Shown one piece after another: positions 11,307 through 25,300 of a stretch of DNA of 58,445 nt. Below the pieces are notes generated by a model that saw only the letters and a program-made list of their open reading frames with translations, was not told where the DNA came from and made no database searches. The DNA is from Octopus bimaculoides. Its lineage: Eukaryota. The position numbers and the translations under genes were made by a program. The stretch lies in the NCBI RefSeq assembly GCF_001194135.2, contig NC_069009.1, positions 3,329,400 to 3,387,844 on the forward strand, written 5' to 3'. Position 1 is the stretch's first letter; each line of letters starts with the position of its first letter.

Positions 11307-14300
11307 CATATATACGACGAGCTTCTTTCAGTTTCCATCTACCAAATCCACTCACAAGGCTTTGGTCGGCCCGAGGCTATAGTAGAAGACACTTGCCCAA
11401 GGTGCCACGCAGTGGGACTGAACCCGGAACCATGTGGTTGGTAAGCAAGCTATTTATCACACAGCCATATAATATATTATATATTATGTGCCTATAATAT
11501 ATTATATATTGTATTATATATATATATATTATATATATATATATATATGTGTGTGTGGAGGTGCAATGGCCCAGTGGTTAGGGCAGCAGATTCGTGGTCG
11601 TAGGATTGTGGTTTCGATTCCCAGACTGGGCGTTGTGTGTATTTATTGAGCGAAAACACCTAAAGCTCCATGAGGCTCTGGCAGGGGGTAGTGGGGACCC
11701 CTGTTGTACTCTTTTGCCCCAACTTTCTCTCACTTTTTCTTCCTGTTTCTTGAGTAACGCTGTGATGGACTGGTGCCCATGAGCCTGGCTAGGCTTTGAA
11801 AGGGCACATAAATAAAAAAACAATATATATATATATATCATCATCATTTAACATCTGTTGTCCATGCTGGCATGGACTGGACATTTTGACCAGGGCTGGT
11901 AAGCTGAAGGGCTGCACCAGACTCCAGCCTGTTTGAGCATGGTTTCTATGGCTGGATGCCCTTCCTAACGCTGACCGCTCCAAGAGTGTTATGGGTGCTT
12001 TTACATGCCAGTGGTATGGTTCCAGTGGCATGGGTGCCAGTTGCATGACACCAGTATCTTCCATGACTACAATTTTACTTGGCTTGATGGGTCTTCTTCT
12101 CAAGCGCAGCATATTGCCAAAGGTCTTGGTCATTTGTCATTGCTTCCATAAGGCCCAGCACTCAAAAGGTGTTTTTTACATGCCATCTGACAATAACTAG
12201 CGGTCCCTAATGCCTGGTGGTTTTACAATCCACTCTGGTACCCATCGACAGTATTCCTGTATCTCTGTGCTCACATGGGTTGTCATCACATATGCTAGTT
12301 AACATGCGGTTAACTGACACATGCGGTTACTCTGGGTCAGAATAAACCCGGGAACAACAGAGGCTAAGGGGTGGTTTCACACCGCTCAAAGCCCTGGAAC
12401 TCCTGAACTAGGGCCCCACTACTGGATGCATACCCACAAGTTACAGCAACAGTACTTACCGCCATGTTCAGGTGCATTGCTAAGACAGCCAACTGCACCT
12501 CGACCTCTGGTTCGTGCGCCATTTTCCTCAGTGCCCTCACGCCCTGCGCATGGCACATCTTGCCCAGACAGATTTTGGCAACGTCCAGTTGTTGGGTTTT
12601 TACGCACATTTTGGCCATGTTCTCCCACACTGACTCACTGTAATTGGACATAGATACACATAAATTGTAACTTCTGATGATTAATAATGGTGATAGAAGT
12701 ATGATAGAAGGGACAGGAACAGGTTTTTGGCTGGAGAGGAAATACATGGCCACTTCATATTATATAAGGGTGGGTGGTTTTATGTTAGGTGTTGAGAGGT
12801 CAAAGTATGATAGAAGGGACAGGGATAGGTTTCTTGCTGGAGAAGAGATACATGGCCACCTCACATTATACAAGGGTGGATAGCTTTATGTTAGGTGTTG
12901 AGAGGTTAAAGTATGATAGAAGGGACAGGAACAGGTTTCTTGCTGGAGAGGAGATACATGGCCACCTCAGATTATATAAGGGTGGGTGGCTTTATGTTAA
13001 GTGTTGAGAGGTTAAAGTACGATAGAAGGGACAGGAACAGGTTTCTTGCTGGAGAGGAGATACATGGCTACCTCACATTATATAAGGGTGGGTGGTTTTA
13101 TGTTAGGTGTTGAAAGGTTAAAGTATGATAGAAGGGACAGGAACAGGTTTCTTGCTGGGGAGGAAATAATGGCTACCTCACATTATATAAGGGTGGGTGG
13201 CTTTGTATTAGGTGTTGAGGGGCTAAAGTATGATAGAAGGGACAGGAACAGGTTTCTTGCTGGAGAGGAGATACCTGGCTACTGTGGCGGGAAAAGGAGA
13301 AAGGATAGAGAAGATGAGGGTCAGATAGGCTGACCAGGGATTAAAATACAGTAAGAACAACACCACCCGTCCACCGCACACCACCCAAAATCACACTTAC
13401 TTTTTAATTAGTTTGATTGCCTTGAAAGCCTCGTCCATATTGCCAATAGCCTGGTGGAAACAGAATTCTAACATGGCTGACTGTGTTCCTTTGTCGCAGG
13501 TCTCCAAACCGACAAAGTCACGCATTGTCCTGCGAGCCACTATGATGGTCGGCTGCTGTTGGTCTTGATGTTGGTGGTGTTGGATGTAGTTGAGTGACCC
13601 CTGGGAGTCGTCCTTCTGCATGGGTTCTGAGAGTGGTGGGGATGTGGGTGTGGGTGTCTCTCGCCAATTTTTCTCCTCTGACTGAAAATAAAGAGAAACG
13701 TAGATATACATGAGTCACCCCAGCCCCTATTTATTCACCCGTTCCCCACCCAACAAGCAACAAGAAGTAGAAAGGAATACAAAGCTGTCTACTCACGTCC
13801 TGCAGGATATAGAAATAGGGGACATTGAGTCCGATCACAAATTTGTCGGGGTCGTTTAAGGGGCTTGTTTCTTGTAACAGTAGGCCTCTGTCTGTCGCGA
13901 ACAGTGATACGATGACGACCTGTATGGCAGTATAAGAATGAGAGGGTGAGTGAGGGTGTGAGTGTAAGTGAAGAAGCGTGTGTAAGTGAATGAAAGTGAG
14001 TGTGTGAAGGAGAAGTTGAGTGAGGAAGTGTGTGAGAGAGAGGGTGTATATGTGAATGTGAGTGAGGGAGAGTGTATATGAGTGAAGGAGAGCGTGTGTG
14101 AGTGTGAGAGAGAGTGAGAGAGGGTGTATGTGAATGTGAGTGAAGGAGCATGTGTGAGTGAGGGAGAGTGTGTATGAGTGAGTGAGTGAGAGAGAGAGTG
14201 TATGTGAATGTGAGTGAGGGAGAGTATGTATGTATGTATATCCAACATGGAGTAGCTTATTCATACATACACAAAAACAAAAATGTGATTTAAAAATATA

Positions 14301-17300
14301 ATTAAGATTTAAATGTAAATAATATATAAAATTAGTGCACATTTAAATACATAAGAGGTGCCTTGACAGGACACCTAACACGCTAGAAAGAGCAGTCAAA
14401 ATCCAAACCACGGTTAAGGGTAATTTCGAAGGGAATGAAAAATAAAATCGTTTACCGTACTTTGTTACTGGACCATGTTTTCGAACTTTAATTAGCAAAT
14501 AAAATAAGTTGCCAGGCGAAGTTCTCATCAGTGGGTATGCCAAAGATTAATATATAATTATGAAGCAAAATAGCGCATGCCTCATCTTTATATATTATAA
14601 TTTTTCAAATAAACCACGCAAGCGTGGTTTTTGTCCGTGACAATTAAAATGTCGACTTACTTCAAAATTACTAAAATCATATTAGGGAAAATATATAGGC
14701 GCAGGAGTGGCTGTGTGGTTAGTAGCTTGCTTACCAACCACATGGTTCCGGGTTCATTCCCACTGCGTGGCACCTTGGGCAAGTGTCTTCTACTATAGCC
14801 TCGGGCCAACCAAAGCCTTGTGAGTGGATTTGGTAGATTGAAACTGAAAGAAGCCCGTCGTATACTCTCTTTTATTCTTTACTCTTTTACTTGTTTCAGT
14901 CATTTGACTGTGGCCATGCTGGAGCACCGCCTTTAGTCGAGCAAATCGACCCCAGGANNNNNNNNNNNNNNNNNNNNNNNNNNNNNNNNNNNNNNNNNNN
15001 NNNNNNNNNNNNNNNNNNNNNNNNNNNNNNNNNNNNNNNNNNNNNNNNNNNNNNNNNNNNNNNNNNNNNNNNNNNNNNNNNNNNNNNNNNNNNNNNNNNN
15101 NNNNNNNNNNNNNNNNNNNNNNNNNNNNNNNNNNNNNNNNNNNNNNNNNNNNNNNNNNNNNNNNNNNNNNNATATATATATATATATATATATATACACG
15201 CATATATACGACGGGCTTCTTTCAGTTTCCATCTACCAAATCCACTCACAAGGCTTTGGTCGGCCTGAGGCTACAGTAGAAGACACTTGCTCAAGGTGCC
15301 ACGCAGTGGGACTGAACCCGGAAGCATGTAGTTGGTAAGCAAGCTACTTACCACACAGCCACTCTTGCGCCTATATATATATGTATGTGTATGTATATGT
15401 TTGTGTGTCTGTTTGTCCCCACAACATCGCTTGACAACCGATGTTGGTGTGTTTACGTCCCCTCACACAATTAACAACCCACAGACAAATCCTCTTTTCT
15501 GTGCTCCGTACACCTGGTCCCTGTCTGCCACACCCCAAACCCAAATAACAGAAGGGGCTGTTCACTTACCACTTCAGTGTTTACTCCTGTCTCCTCCTCC
15601 TCCTCCTCCTCTTCTTCCTCTGCCTCAGTTTCACCGGTGGTGGGCATCTTGTTGTTGGTGTCTTCCGTGATCAGCCTCGCCTCACAGCTCAACAGGTGGG
15701 GCACCTTTGCATCCCAGAAGTGTGAAACTGGGTATCTCCCTGTCATGCCCTTAGAGACTGCAACGACCTTAATTCTGATTCAAAGAAAGAAAAGAAAGCA
15801 TATGGTGTTTATTAGTAAAAGATTTACAGGGGTGGCTTGTAGGTACAGGGCTGGCTTGTAGGTACAGGGCTGGGTTATAGGTACAGCGGTGGCTGTGTGG
15901 TAAGAAGCTTTCTTCCCACACAGGCGGTGAGCTGGCAGAAACGTTAGCACGCCGGGCGAAATGCTTAGCGGTATTTCATCTGTCTTTATGTTCTGAGTTC
16001 AAATTCCACTGAGGTCGACTTTGCCTTTCATCCTTTCGGGGTAGATTAAATAAGTACCAGTTATGCACTGGGCCGATGTAATTGACTTAACCCCTTTGTC
16101 TGTCCTTGTTTGTCCCCTCTATGTTTAACCCCTGAAAGAAGCCCATCGTATATATATGTGTGTGTGTGTGTGTGTGTTTATTCCCCCACCATTGCTTGAA
16201 AACCTATGTTGGTGTGTTTATGTCCCCGTCACTTAGCGGTTCAGCAAAAGAGACCGATAGAATAAGTGTTAGGCTTACAAAGAATAAGTCCTGGGGCTGA
16301 TATGTTCAACTAAAAGTCATCATCATCATCATCATCATCGTTGTCGTCATCACCAGCATCATCATAATCATCGTCGTTGTCGTCGTCGTCGTCATCATCA
16401 TCGTCGTCATCATTTAACGTCCACTTTCCATACTGGTATGGGTCGGACAGTTTGATCGGAGCTGCGAAGGCCAGGGGCCGGCTTCACCAGGCTCCATCAT
16501 CTGTTTCGGCATGGCTTCTACAGCTGGATGCCCTTCCTAATGCCGACCACCCCAACAGAAGTGTACCCCAATGCTAAACCTACTATATCATCAACTGTAT
16601 TTCTGTGAGGGGAATAAACGAGAGAAAGGGAAAACAAGGTGCGATGGGAGGAGGGGATGGTCCACGAGGTTGCTATGGTTACTTACTGGTTATTGCTGCC
16701 ATCTGGTGTCGCATCGCCTGCACCATGTGACTTGCTGTCGTCCTTCTCTTCACCAATGTGGTCGCCGCCGCCATCGCTGCTCATCTCGGACGAGGAGTCG
16801 AAACTGAAGGTCAACACTTTGTCCAGCTCCACGTCCCAGACGTACAGGTTGGTGTCTGGCTGCTCGTTAGTCTGTAACGAGAGAGCAGGAGGGAGGAGGA
16901 GGAATTAATCAAGAATTTAGGAGTAGCGGGGAGAGGTATAGAATGATGGAAGCAGTTTTGTTGTTGTTGCTGTGAATGATGGTGGTGGTGGTGGTGGCAG
17001 TGGTAGTTGTGGTGGTAGTAGTAATGGTGGTGGTGGTGGTGATGGTAGTAATGGTGGTAGTAGTGGTGGTGGTGGTGGTGATGGTAGTATTGGTGGTGGT
17101 GGTAGCAGTGGTAGTTGTGGTGGTAGTAGTAATGGTGGTGGTAGTGGTGGTGGTGGTGGTGGTAGTAATAGTGGTAGTAGTCGTGGCGGTGGTAGCGGAG
17201 GTAGTTGTGGTGGTGGTGGCAGTGGTTGTGGTGGTGGTAGTAATGGTGGTGGTGGTGGCGGTAGTTGTGGTGGTGGTGGTGATGGTAGTATTGGTGATGG

Positions 17301-20300
17301 TGATAGTGGTGGTGGTGGTGGCAGTGGTTGTGGTGGTGGTGATGGTAGTAATGGTGGTATTAGTCGTGGTAGTGGTGGCCATAGTAGTTGTGGTGGTGGT
17401 GGTGATGGTAGTATTGGTGGTGGTGGTGGTGGTGGTACGACTGCTCAATCAAGGTTGACCTGGGGTTAAATAACAACTATACCCACTCATACTAATTACT
17501 ATGCTATACATTAAATGATGTAGTCCTAGATACACTGTGCTTGAATAAAAAGGTGGGATGGCCACAAATGGAATGTCTTTCATCATACATCTGCTGGATC
17601 AGGACTGACCCGGGGCTATACAACAACAACAACAGCAGCAGCAGCGATTTCAAGAGCAAAATAAGCAGCAGACATGAGGTAGCCTCACAATGTGTTAACT
17701 CACCTTCATGCAAAGGAGACTGATTCTGCTCCCGGTGCAGTTTGACTTCACAGACACAATCCTGCCTAAATCAGGGATGAATTCACACATCGGCTTCGGC
17801 ACGGAATGTGGTCGGATCTTCCTGCAACACAGAGGAAATAAGACAGATTGAAGATGATGATGGTGGTGGTGATGATGGTGATGATGATGGTGATCGTGAT
17901 GGTGATGATGATGATGATGATGTTGTTGTTGTTGGTGGTGGTGGTGTTGGTTGTGATGATGCTGATAATTGTGGTGGTGGGTTATGATGGTGGTGGTGGT
18001 GGCAGTATTGGTGATAGTAGTGGAGGTGGTGGTGGTAGCAATGGTGGTGTTGGTGGTGTTGGTGGTTGTGATGATGCTGATAATGGTGGTGATGGTGGAG
18101 GTGGTGGTGGTGGTGGTGATGGTAATGAACATGATCATCTACATCAACTTCGTCATCACGATCGTTACCACCACCACTACCACCACCACCACTGCCATCA
18201 TCCCCACCACCACCACAGACCGATGACTGAATGAAGCAAGTGGAAAAGAAAGAGAGATAAAAGATGAAATAAAAAATCCCCCCAAAAAAACACACATACC
18301 GTCTTGAAAGGTCAAAGAGTTTGAGGATCCCACGGTCAGTAGCAATGACCAGGAAGTTCTCACTGATGTCCAGGCAGACTGGCTGACCCTCGCCCTCTGA
18401 GAAATCCAGGAACTGCTTAACTGTGCCCTATGCAAAGAGAGGGGACAGACAGATGAAAGGGTCACAACAACAACATCGGCGGCAACTACAATAACACTGC
18501 AATGGCACTTCAGTAAGAATGTACAACACTCAAACATAATAGTCCAATAACACTCCAGTACAGCACTCCAATAACACTGCAGCACAACATTCCAATAACA
18601 CTCTAGCACAGCACTCTAATAACACTCTAACACAAAACTCTACACTTAAATGCGACACTTCAATAACACTACAATACAACATCACAATAACACTCCAGTG
18701 CAACACTCTAATAACACTCCAACACAACACTCCAGTTTAACACTCTGATAACACTTCAGCTCAACACAGCAATATAACACTCAGACCCTACATTCCAATA
18801 ACACTCCAACACAACATTCCAACACAACACTCCAGCGGCACTCCAGTTCAACACTCTGATAACACTTCAATATAACACTCAGACCCTACACTCCAACACA
18901 ACACTCCAGTTCAACACTCTGATAACACTTCAGCTCAACACTTCAATATAACACTCAGACCCTACACTCCAGTTCAACACTCTGATAAGACTTCAGCTCA
19001 ACACTTCAATATAACACTCAGACCCTACACTCCAATAACACTCCAACACAGCACTCTAATAACATTCCAACACAACACTCCAGTTCAACACTCTGATAAC
19101 ACTTCAGCTCAACACTTCAATATAACACTCAGACCCCACACTCCAATAATACTTAATCATTGCACTCCAACAACACTCCAACACAGCACCCTAATGACAC
19201 TCCAGTGCAACACTACAACACGACACTCCAACAACACATGGACACAACACTTCAGTAACAACACTGAAATTACACTCTAGCATACCACCCCAGTAACTGT
19301 CCGGCACAACACTGCAATTGCGACACTCCAGCACAGCACTCTGCTAATGATGTTCCAATAACGGTACTAACAACAACACTCCAAGAATGACATTTCCCTT
19401 ACCTGGAAAGTGCGGACCTTCACTGTTCCCTGCTCCAGGAGCAACAGACTCTGTTCAAAGATGCAAATGTTGACGGAATCCGTTTCAAACGTGGCTGAAA
19501 TTGAGTAACGGTGGGAGGTATAGATTATGTTAGAGTGGCAGACAGTAGTGATGGTGGCAGAGGTGGTTGTGATAGTGGTGGTGATTGTGGTTGTGGTTGT
19601 GGTTGTGGTGGTGGTAGATGCAACTGATAATGTAGAATATGTCATATTTCTTTGAAAGACATCATACGTGATTTAACAGCTGCCTAAAAAAATGCCACCA
19701 AAGTACTACTGCCCTATGCAACATGACAATGCCACCTGGAAAAAAAGACACCCCCCCCCAGAATAAATATAGTACCCCCCCTGTTATTGAATACACACAA
19801 AAATCCCAGTGCAAGAAATATTGGTGGAATATTCTACAGCTGGATGCCCTTCCTAATGCCAACCACTCCGAGAGTGTAGTGGGTGCTTTTATGTGCCACC
19901 GGCACGAAGGCCAGTCAGGCGATACTGGCAACGGCCACGTTCAAAATGGTGTATTTTATGTGCCACCTGCACAGGAGCCAGTCCGGTGGCACTGGCAACG
20001 ACCTCGCTCGAATGTCTTTTCACGTGCCACCGGCACAAGTACCGGAAAGGCAACGCTGGTAACGATCACGCTCAAATGGTGCTATTTACGTGTCACTGGC
20101 ACGGAAGCCAGACAGCTGCTCTGCCAACGATCACGCTCGGATGGTGCTCTTAGCGCTCCACTGGTACAGGTGCCAACACGATTTCGAATTCACTTGCCCC
20201 AACAGGTCTTCGCAAGCCGAGTTTCGTGTCCAATGAAGGAGAGGTTGGCATGAAATATAAAGGGGTCCGCAAGTAAAAAAGTTTGAAAACCCCTGCGCCA

Positions 20301-20693
20301 TACCATTATACCACCAAAAGTAATTAAAAGGTCCAAATTGGGGCCCCTGTATACTTACCCAAAACTCTTACTTCCAAGTTGTCTGCAGAAAATTCGTAAA
20401 CATGTGCCTGCTTGCCGTTCCATACCACAAAGTTTCCCTGAAAAAAAATGGATGGAAAATGTTGAACCCCTAAACACATTGACTTGTGTACAGTGTTAAA
20501 CACCAACATAGCATCAACCCCTCCGTAATATATTAACCTCTACCCAGTACAGTTGCCTAAATAATGCTGACACCTTAAACAACATTAGCCCCTGGTGTTA
20601 ATATTAATCCTGCGCATTAACCCCTAAATAGCAGCAACAGTAACAACAACACCAACAACAACAGCAGCAGCAACAACAACAACAACAACAACA

Positions 20694-20725
<32 letters not shown>

Positions 20726-22340
20726 AGCAGCAGGTCAGCTTACCTTTGTCGTATAAATCCCTTTCACCTGAACATGACACTCAAACGTCTTCCGTTGTCC
20801 AGTATCGATAGCATCAATGGACAGTGTAGTGGGGCTGATCTGAATCATGGCAATCTATGGAGGAAATGGAAGTGAGATATAGAGGGCTGAGAGAGCCCCT
20901 TCGGTCATGACTGACCAGGGGATTGCACCTAGAAAGTTACCCTCCCAGGCACACACAAGTCCAGGCAAGGTTGTCTATGAAAGACCAGCAGTCGCCCATG
21001 CATACCAGCCTCACCTCTTCATGCCACCAGTGTTATCCAAGGGAAAAGCAAAGGGGCCGATACAGCTTGGCACATGTGACGTCGCAACTCATTTCTACAG
21101 TTGAGTTAACTGGAGCAACGGGAAATAAAGTGTCTTGCTCAAGAACACAACATGCAGCCCCATCCGGGATTCGAACTCACAACCTCACGATCGTAAGCTC
21201 GACGCTCTAATCACTGAGCCATGCACCTTCACTATAGAGGGTAGTCTATACAGACAAACAGTGCACAGGGGCCTAGGGCTCTAGGTTCAATCCCAGATGT
21301 CGTCTTTACCTGCGACCATATCAATCGCACAAGGAAAGGTAAAAGATTTATTCCTTTCAGGATTAGAGTTGCTAATGTGGTCATTAAACATGCTTGATCT
21401 GGTAGCTAAATTATATATATATATATAATCAAAATAAGCAACAGGTTATCAAGTAGTGATACAGTACAACCGGTTCAAGCGGTTCCATTTAATTGAACAA
21501 TGCAATCATTACATCAGTTTAAATGCGGTGCCATCTTCAGCTGTACAAATGAATAAATGGAATTTTAATCAGTTGGACACATTAATATAACTTTTCTCAA
21601 ATATTTTAACAGAGCAAGAAGATAGAAGAATTCATGTTGACGCTATTGTAGCTAAGAATATACTACACTTCCAAGAACCGCATGACACATATTAGGGTCA
21701 TAGTGTTGTAAGGGATTCTAATTCATTTATCTCTTCATCAACTACTAAGTACAATAGTGGCAACATGAATTTCTTCCATCTTCTTGTGTGCCACAGGAGC
21801 CAGTCAAGGGGCACTGGTTGCAGCTACGATATTGGTTTTACATGACACAACAGGTCTTCTCAAGCATGTATGTATGTATGTACATAGGATCACCATAAAG
21901 ACAGGAATTTGAGAGAGATTTCATTGCTATTTCTACAAGATGAGGCCACCACCTGGAGGCCTGCTCACTGGATCATCTACTCACCTGATGATTCAAATGA
22001 TAACACATGCTGCTTTCTCGTAGGATGAGGACAGACCGCCAAGTGTTGACACACAGTAAGTTCTTTGATTCGCACCACTGAAATGGTAAAAAACATTATC
22101 CAGCATGAAGAACAACAATAGTTGCAACAACATAAAACAGTTGTGTATTGTAAAGCAATGCGATTCTTAAGACTACTTTGGCCCTGGGCTGCTGGACTGA
22201 CAAAAAGTCTCGTGAGAGGATTTAGCGGATGGAAACTGAAAGGAGCCAGTCATATATAAATATATTTATGTATATGTGTGTGTGTGCGTGTATATATATA
22301 TCTATATATGTATATATAGATGTATGTATATATATAGATG

Positions 22341-22387
<47 letters not shown>

Positions 22388-25300
22388 CATCAGTGGTATG
22401 GAGAGGGGCGGCTGGTATGCATGGGCGACTGCTGGTCTTCCACAAACAACCTTGCCCAGACTTGTGCCTCGGAGGGTAACTTCCTAGGTACAATCCCATG
22501 GTCATTCCCCTCACGTATATATATTTTACACACACACACAAATATTTTTATAATATATACAGGATGTGATGGGTAAATTGTTGCTGTTTGATATTTTTTA
22601 TTTCGCGCATGCATATTGTTTGTTTTTGATTTTGTTGACAACACAGTACAGTAGGGTCAGTTGGGCACCGTCTGTGAGTAAAACAGTACCCTGATGCAAT
22701 TCACTCTGCCAGAAATTTTAAAACATCGTGCTGTACTGCTGGGTATTCACACCGGAAGCTCCAATACAAGCATTTCAGAGTGTTTGGGTAGTAATGGTGG
22801 TGGTGATGGTTATGGTAGTGGTGGTGGTATGAAGATGCGAAAGTGTAGAGTCACAACCTTACCGTGAGCATCCGAACTGGTGCCCCTACCACATTGGGAC
22901 TGTGCAGTTTCCACTTCATCTCTCGGCCCTTCTTGGTGGTTGACTTAGCCGACGGGACACGGGACCACATGGCTACGTTCCCCATCTGGGTCCCTCCAGC
23001 AAGCATGCCTGTAAAATAGAGAGCAAAAGAGGACTATTGAATTAGTATCGGCAGCAGCAGCATCATCATCATCGTTGTCATCATCATTGGGAAGCAAGCT
23101 ACTTACCACACAATGACAGGCTTCTTTCAGTTTCCATGTACCAAATCCACTCACAAGGCTTTGGTCAGCCTGTGGCTATAGTAGAAGACACTTGCCCAAG
23201 GTGCCATGCAGTGGGACTGAACCCGGAACCATGTGGTTCGTAAGCAAGCTACTTACCACACAATGACAGGCTTCTTTCAGTTTCTGTCTACCAAATCCAC
23301 TCACAAGGCTTTGGTCGGCCCGAGGCTATAGTAGAAGACACTTGCCCAAGGTGCCATGCAGTGGGACTGAACCCNNNNNNNNNNNNNNNNNNNNNNNNNN
23401 NNNNNNNNNNNNNNNNNNNNNNNNNNNNNNNNNNNNNNNNNNNNNNNNNNNNNNNNNNNNNNNNNNNNNNNNNNNNNNNNNNNNNNNNNNNNNNNNNNNN
23501 NNNNNNNNNNNNNNNNNNNNNNNNNNNNNNNNNNNNNNNNNNNNNNNNNNNNNNNNNNNNNNNNNNNNNNNNNNNNNNNNNNNNNNNNNNNNNNNNNNNN
23601 NNNNNNNNNNNNNNNNNNNNNNNNNNNNNNNNNNNNNNNNNNNNNNNNNNNNNNNNNNNNNNNNNNNNNNNNNNNNNNNNNNNNNNNNNNNNNNNNNNNN
23701 NNNNNNNNNNNNNNNNNNNNNNNNNNNNNNNNNNNNNNNNNNNNNNNNNNNNNNNNNNNNNNNNNNNNNNNNNNNNNNNNNNNNNNNNNNNNNNNNNNNN
23801 NNNNNNNNNNNNNNNNNNNNNNNNNNNNNNNNNNNNNNNNNNNNNNNNNNNNNNNNNNNNNNNNNNNNNNNNNNNNNNNNNNNNNNNNNNNNNNNNNNNN
23901 NNNNNNNNNNNNNNNNNNNNNNNNNNNNNNNNNNNNNNNNNNNNNNNNNNNNNNNNNNNNNNNNNNNNNNNNNNNNNNNNNNNNNNNNNNNNNNNNNNNN
24001 NNNNNNNNNNNNNNNNNNNNNNNNNNNNNNNNNNNNNNNNNNNNNNNNNNNNNNNNNNNNNNNNNNNNNNNNNNNNNNNNNNNNNNNNNNNNNNNNNNNN
24101 NNNNNNNNNNNNNNNNNNNNNNNNNNNNNNNNNNNNNNNNNNNNNNNNNNNNNNNNNNNNNNNNNNNNNNNNNNNNNNNNNNNNNNNNNNNNNNNNNNNN
24201 NNNNNNNNNNNNNNNNNNNNNNNNNNNNNNNNNNNNNNNNNNNNNNNNNNNNNNNNNNNNNNNNNNNNNNNNNNNNNNNNNNNNNNNNNNNNNNNNNNNN
24301 NNNNNNNNNNNNNNNNNNNNNNNNNNNNNNNNNNNNNNNNNNAATGACAGGCTTCTTTCAGTTTCCATGTACCAAATCCACTCACAAGGCTTTGGTCAGC
24401 CTGTGGCTATAGTAGAAGACACTTGCCCAAGGTGCCATGCAGTGGGACTGAACCCGGAACCATGTGGTTCGTAAGCAAGCTACTTACCACACAATGACAG
24501 GCTTCTTTCAGTTTCTGTCTACCAAATCCACTCACAAGGCTTTGGTCGGCCCGAGGCTATAGTAGAAGACACTTGCCCAAGGTACCACGCAGTGGGACTG
24601 AACCTGGAACCATGTGGTTGGGAAGCAAGCTTCTTACCACACAGCCACTCCTGCACCAATTTTTCTTAACCATCAGAATAATTTGGGACTTACAAAAAGA
24701 AGGCTTTATATTATTTAGGGTTTATGAAAATAGGGCTGACGAAAAGTCTGAAAACAAGCATGGACATTTAGGGACAGACTTGCGAAAATGCTTTGGACAG
24801 GCAACGAGTTAATAGAGTCCCAGTATATAACTGGTATGGTGAAAATAATGAGAAAGAAGGAAGACACTCACCCCTCCTGGGGCAAAAATCCACACTTAGT
24901 ATCTGTTCGTTGGAAACATAACTCTGGTGATTCTCAAGTGACAGTTGGTCGTTCTCTTCTTTGTCTAGATCAAACATCCTGGAAATGAAAGAAATTATGC
25001 TAATTACACTTCGTTACATTTAATTACAAAAATATAACAACTTTAACACGAAATCATCATCATCGTCGTCGTTTAATGTCCGCTTTCCATGCTAGCATGG
25101 GTTGGACGATTTGACTGAGGACTGTTGAACCAGATGGCTATACCAGGCTCCAATCTGATTTGGCAGAGTTTCTACAGCTGGATGCCCTTCCTAACGCCAA
25201 CCACTCTGAGAGTGTAGTGAGTGCTTTTACGTGCCACCAGCATGAGGGCCAGTCTGGCGGTACTGGCAACGATATATATATATATATATCATCATCATCA

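Noticed and set aside
12697-13277. Regularly spaced repeats as a CRISPR-like array
   Set aside because: The whole unit is repeated with no unique spacers; eukaryotic intron with no cas genes.
16909-18234. Gly-rich, Val-rich, Thr-rich and His-rich ORFs resembling structural proteins
   Set aside because: All frames are open because of trinucleotide repeats, and they lie in introns of a gene whose frame is complete without them.
19723-20253. 176-aa ORF and similar ORFs at 6738-7124 and 25464-25772
   Set aside because: They overlap the dispersed RTE-tail repeat with internal GTGCCACCGGCAC subrepeats; no recognisable domain.
23288-24412. Long ORFs of 150-365 aa spanning N-runs (also near 3.7, 15, 30.8, 33.2, 34.3, 39.4 kb)
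   Set aside because: Open only because N codons are not stops.
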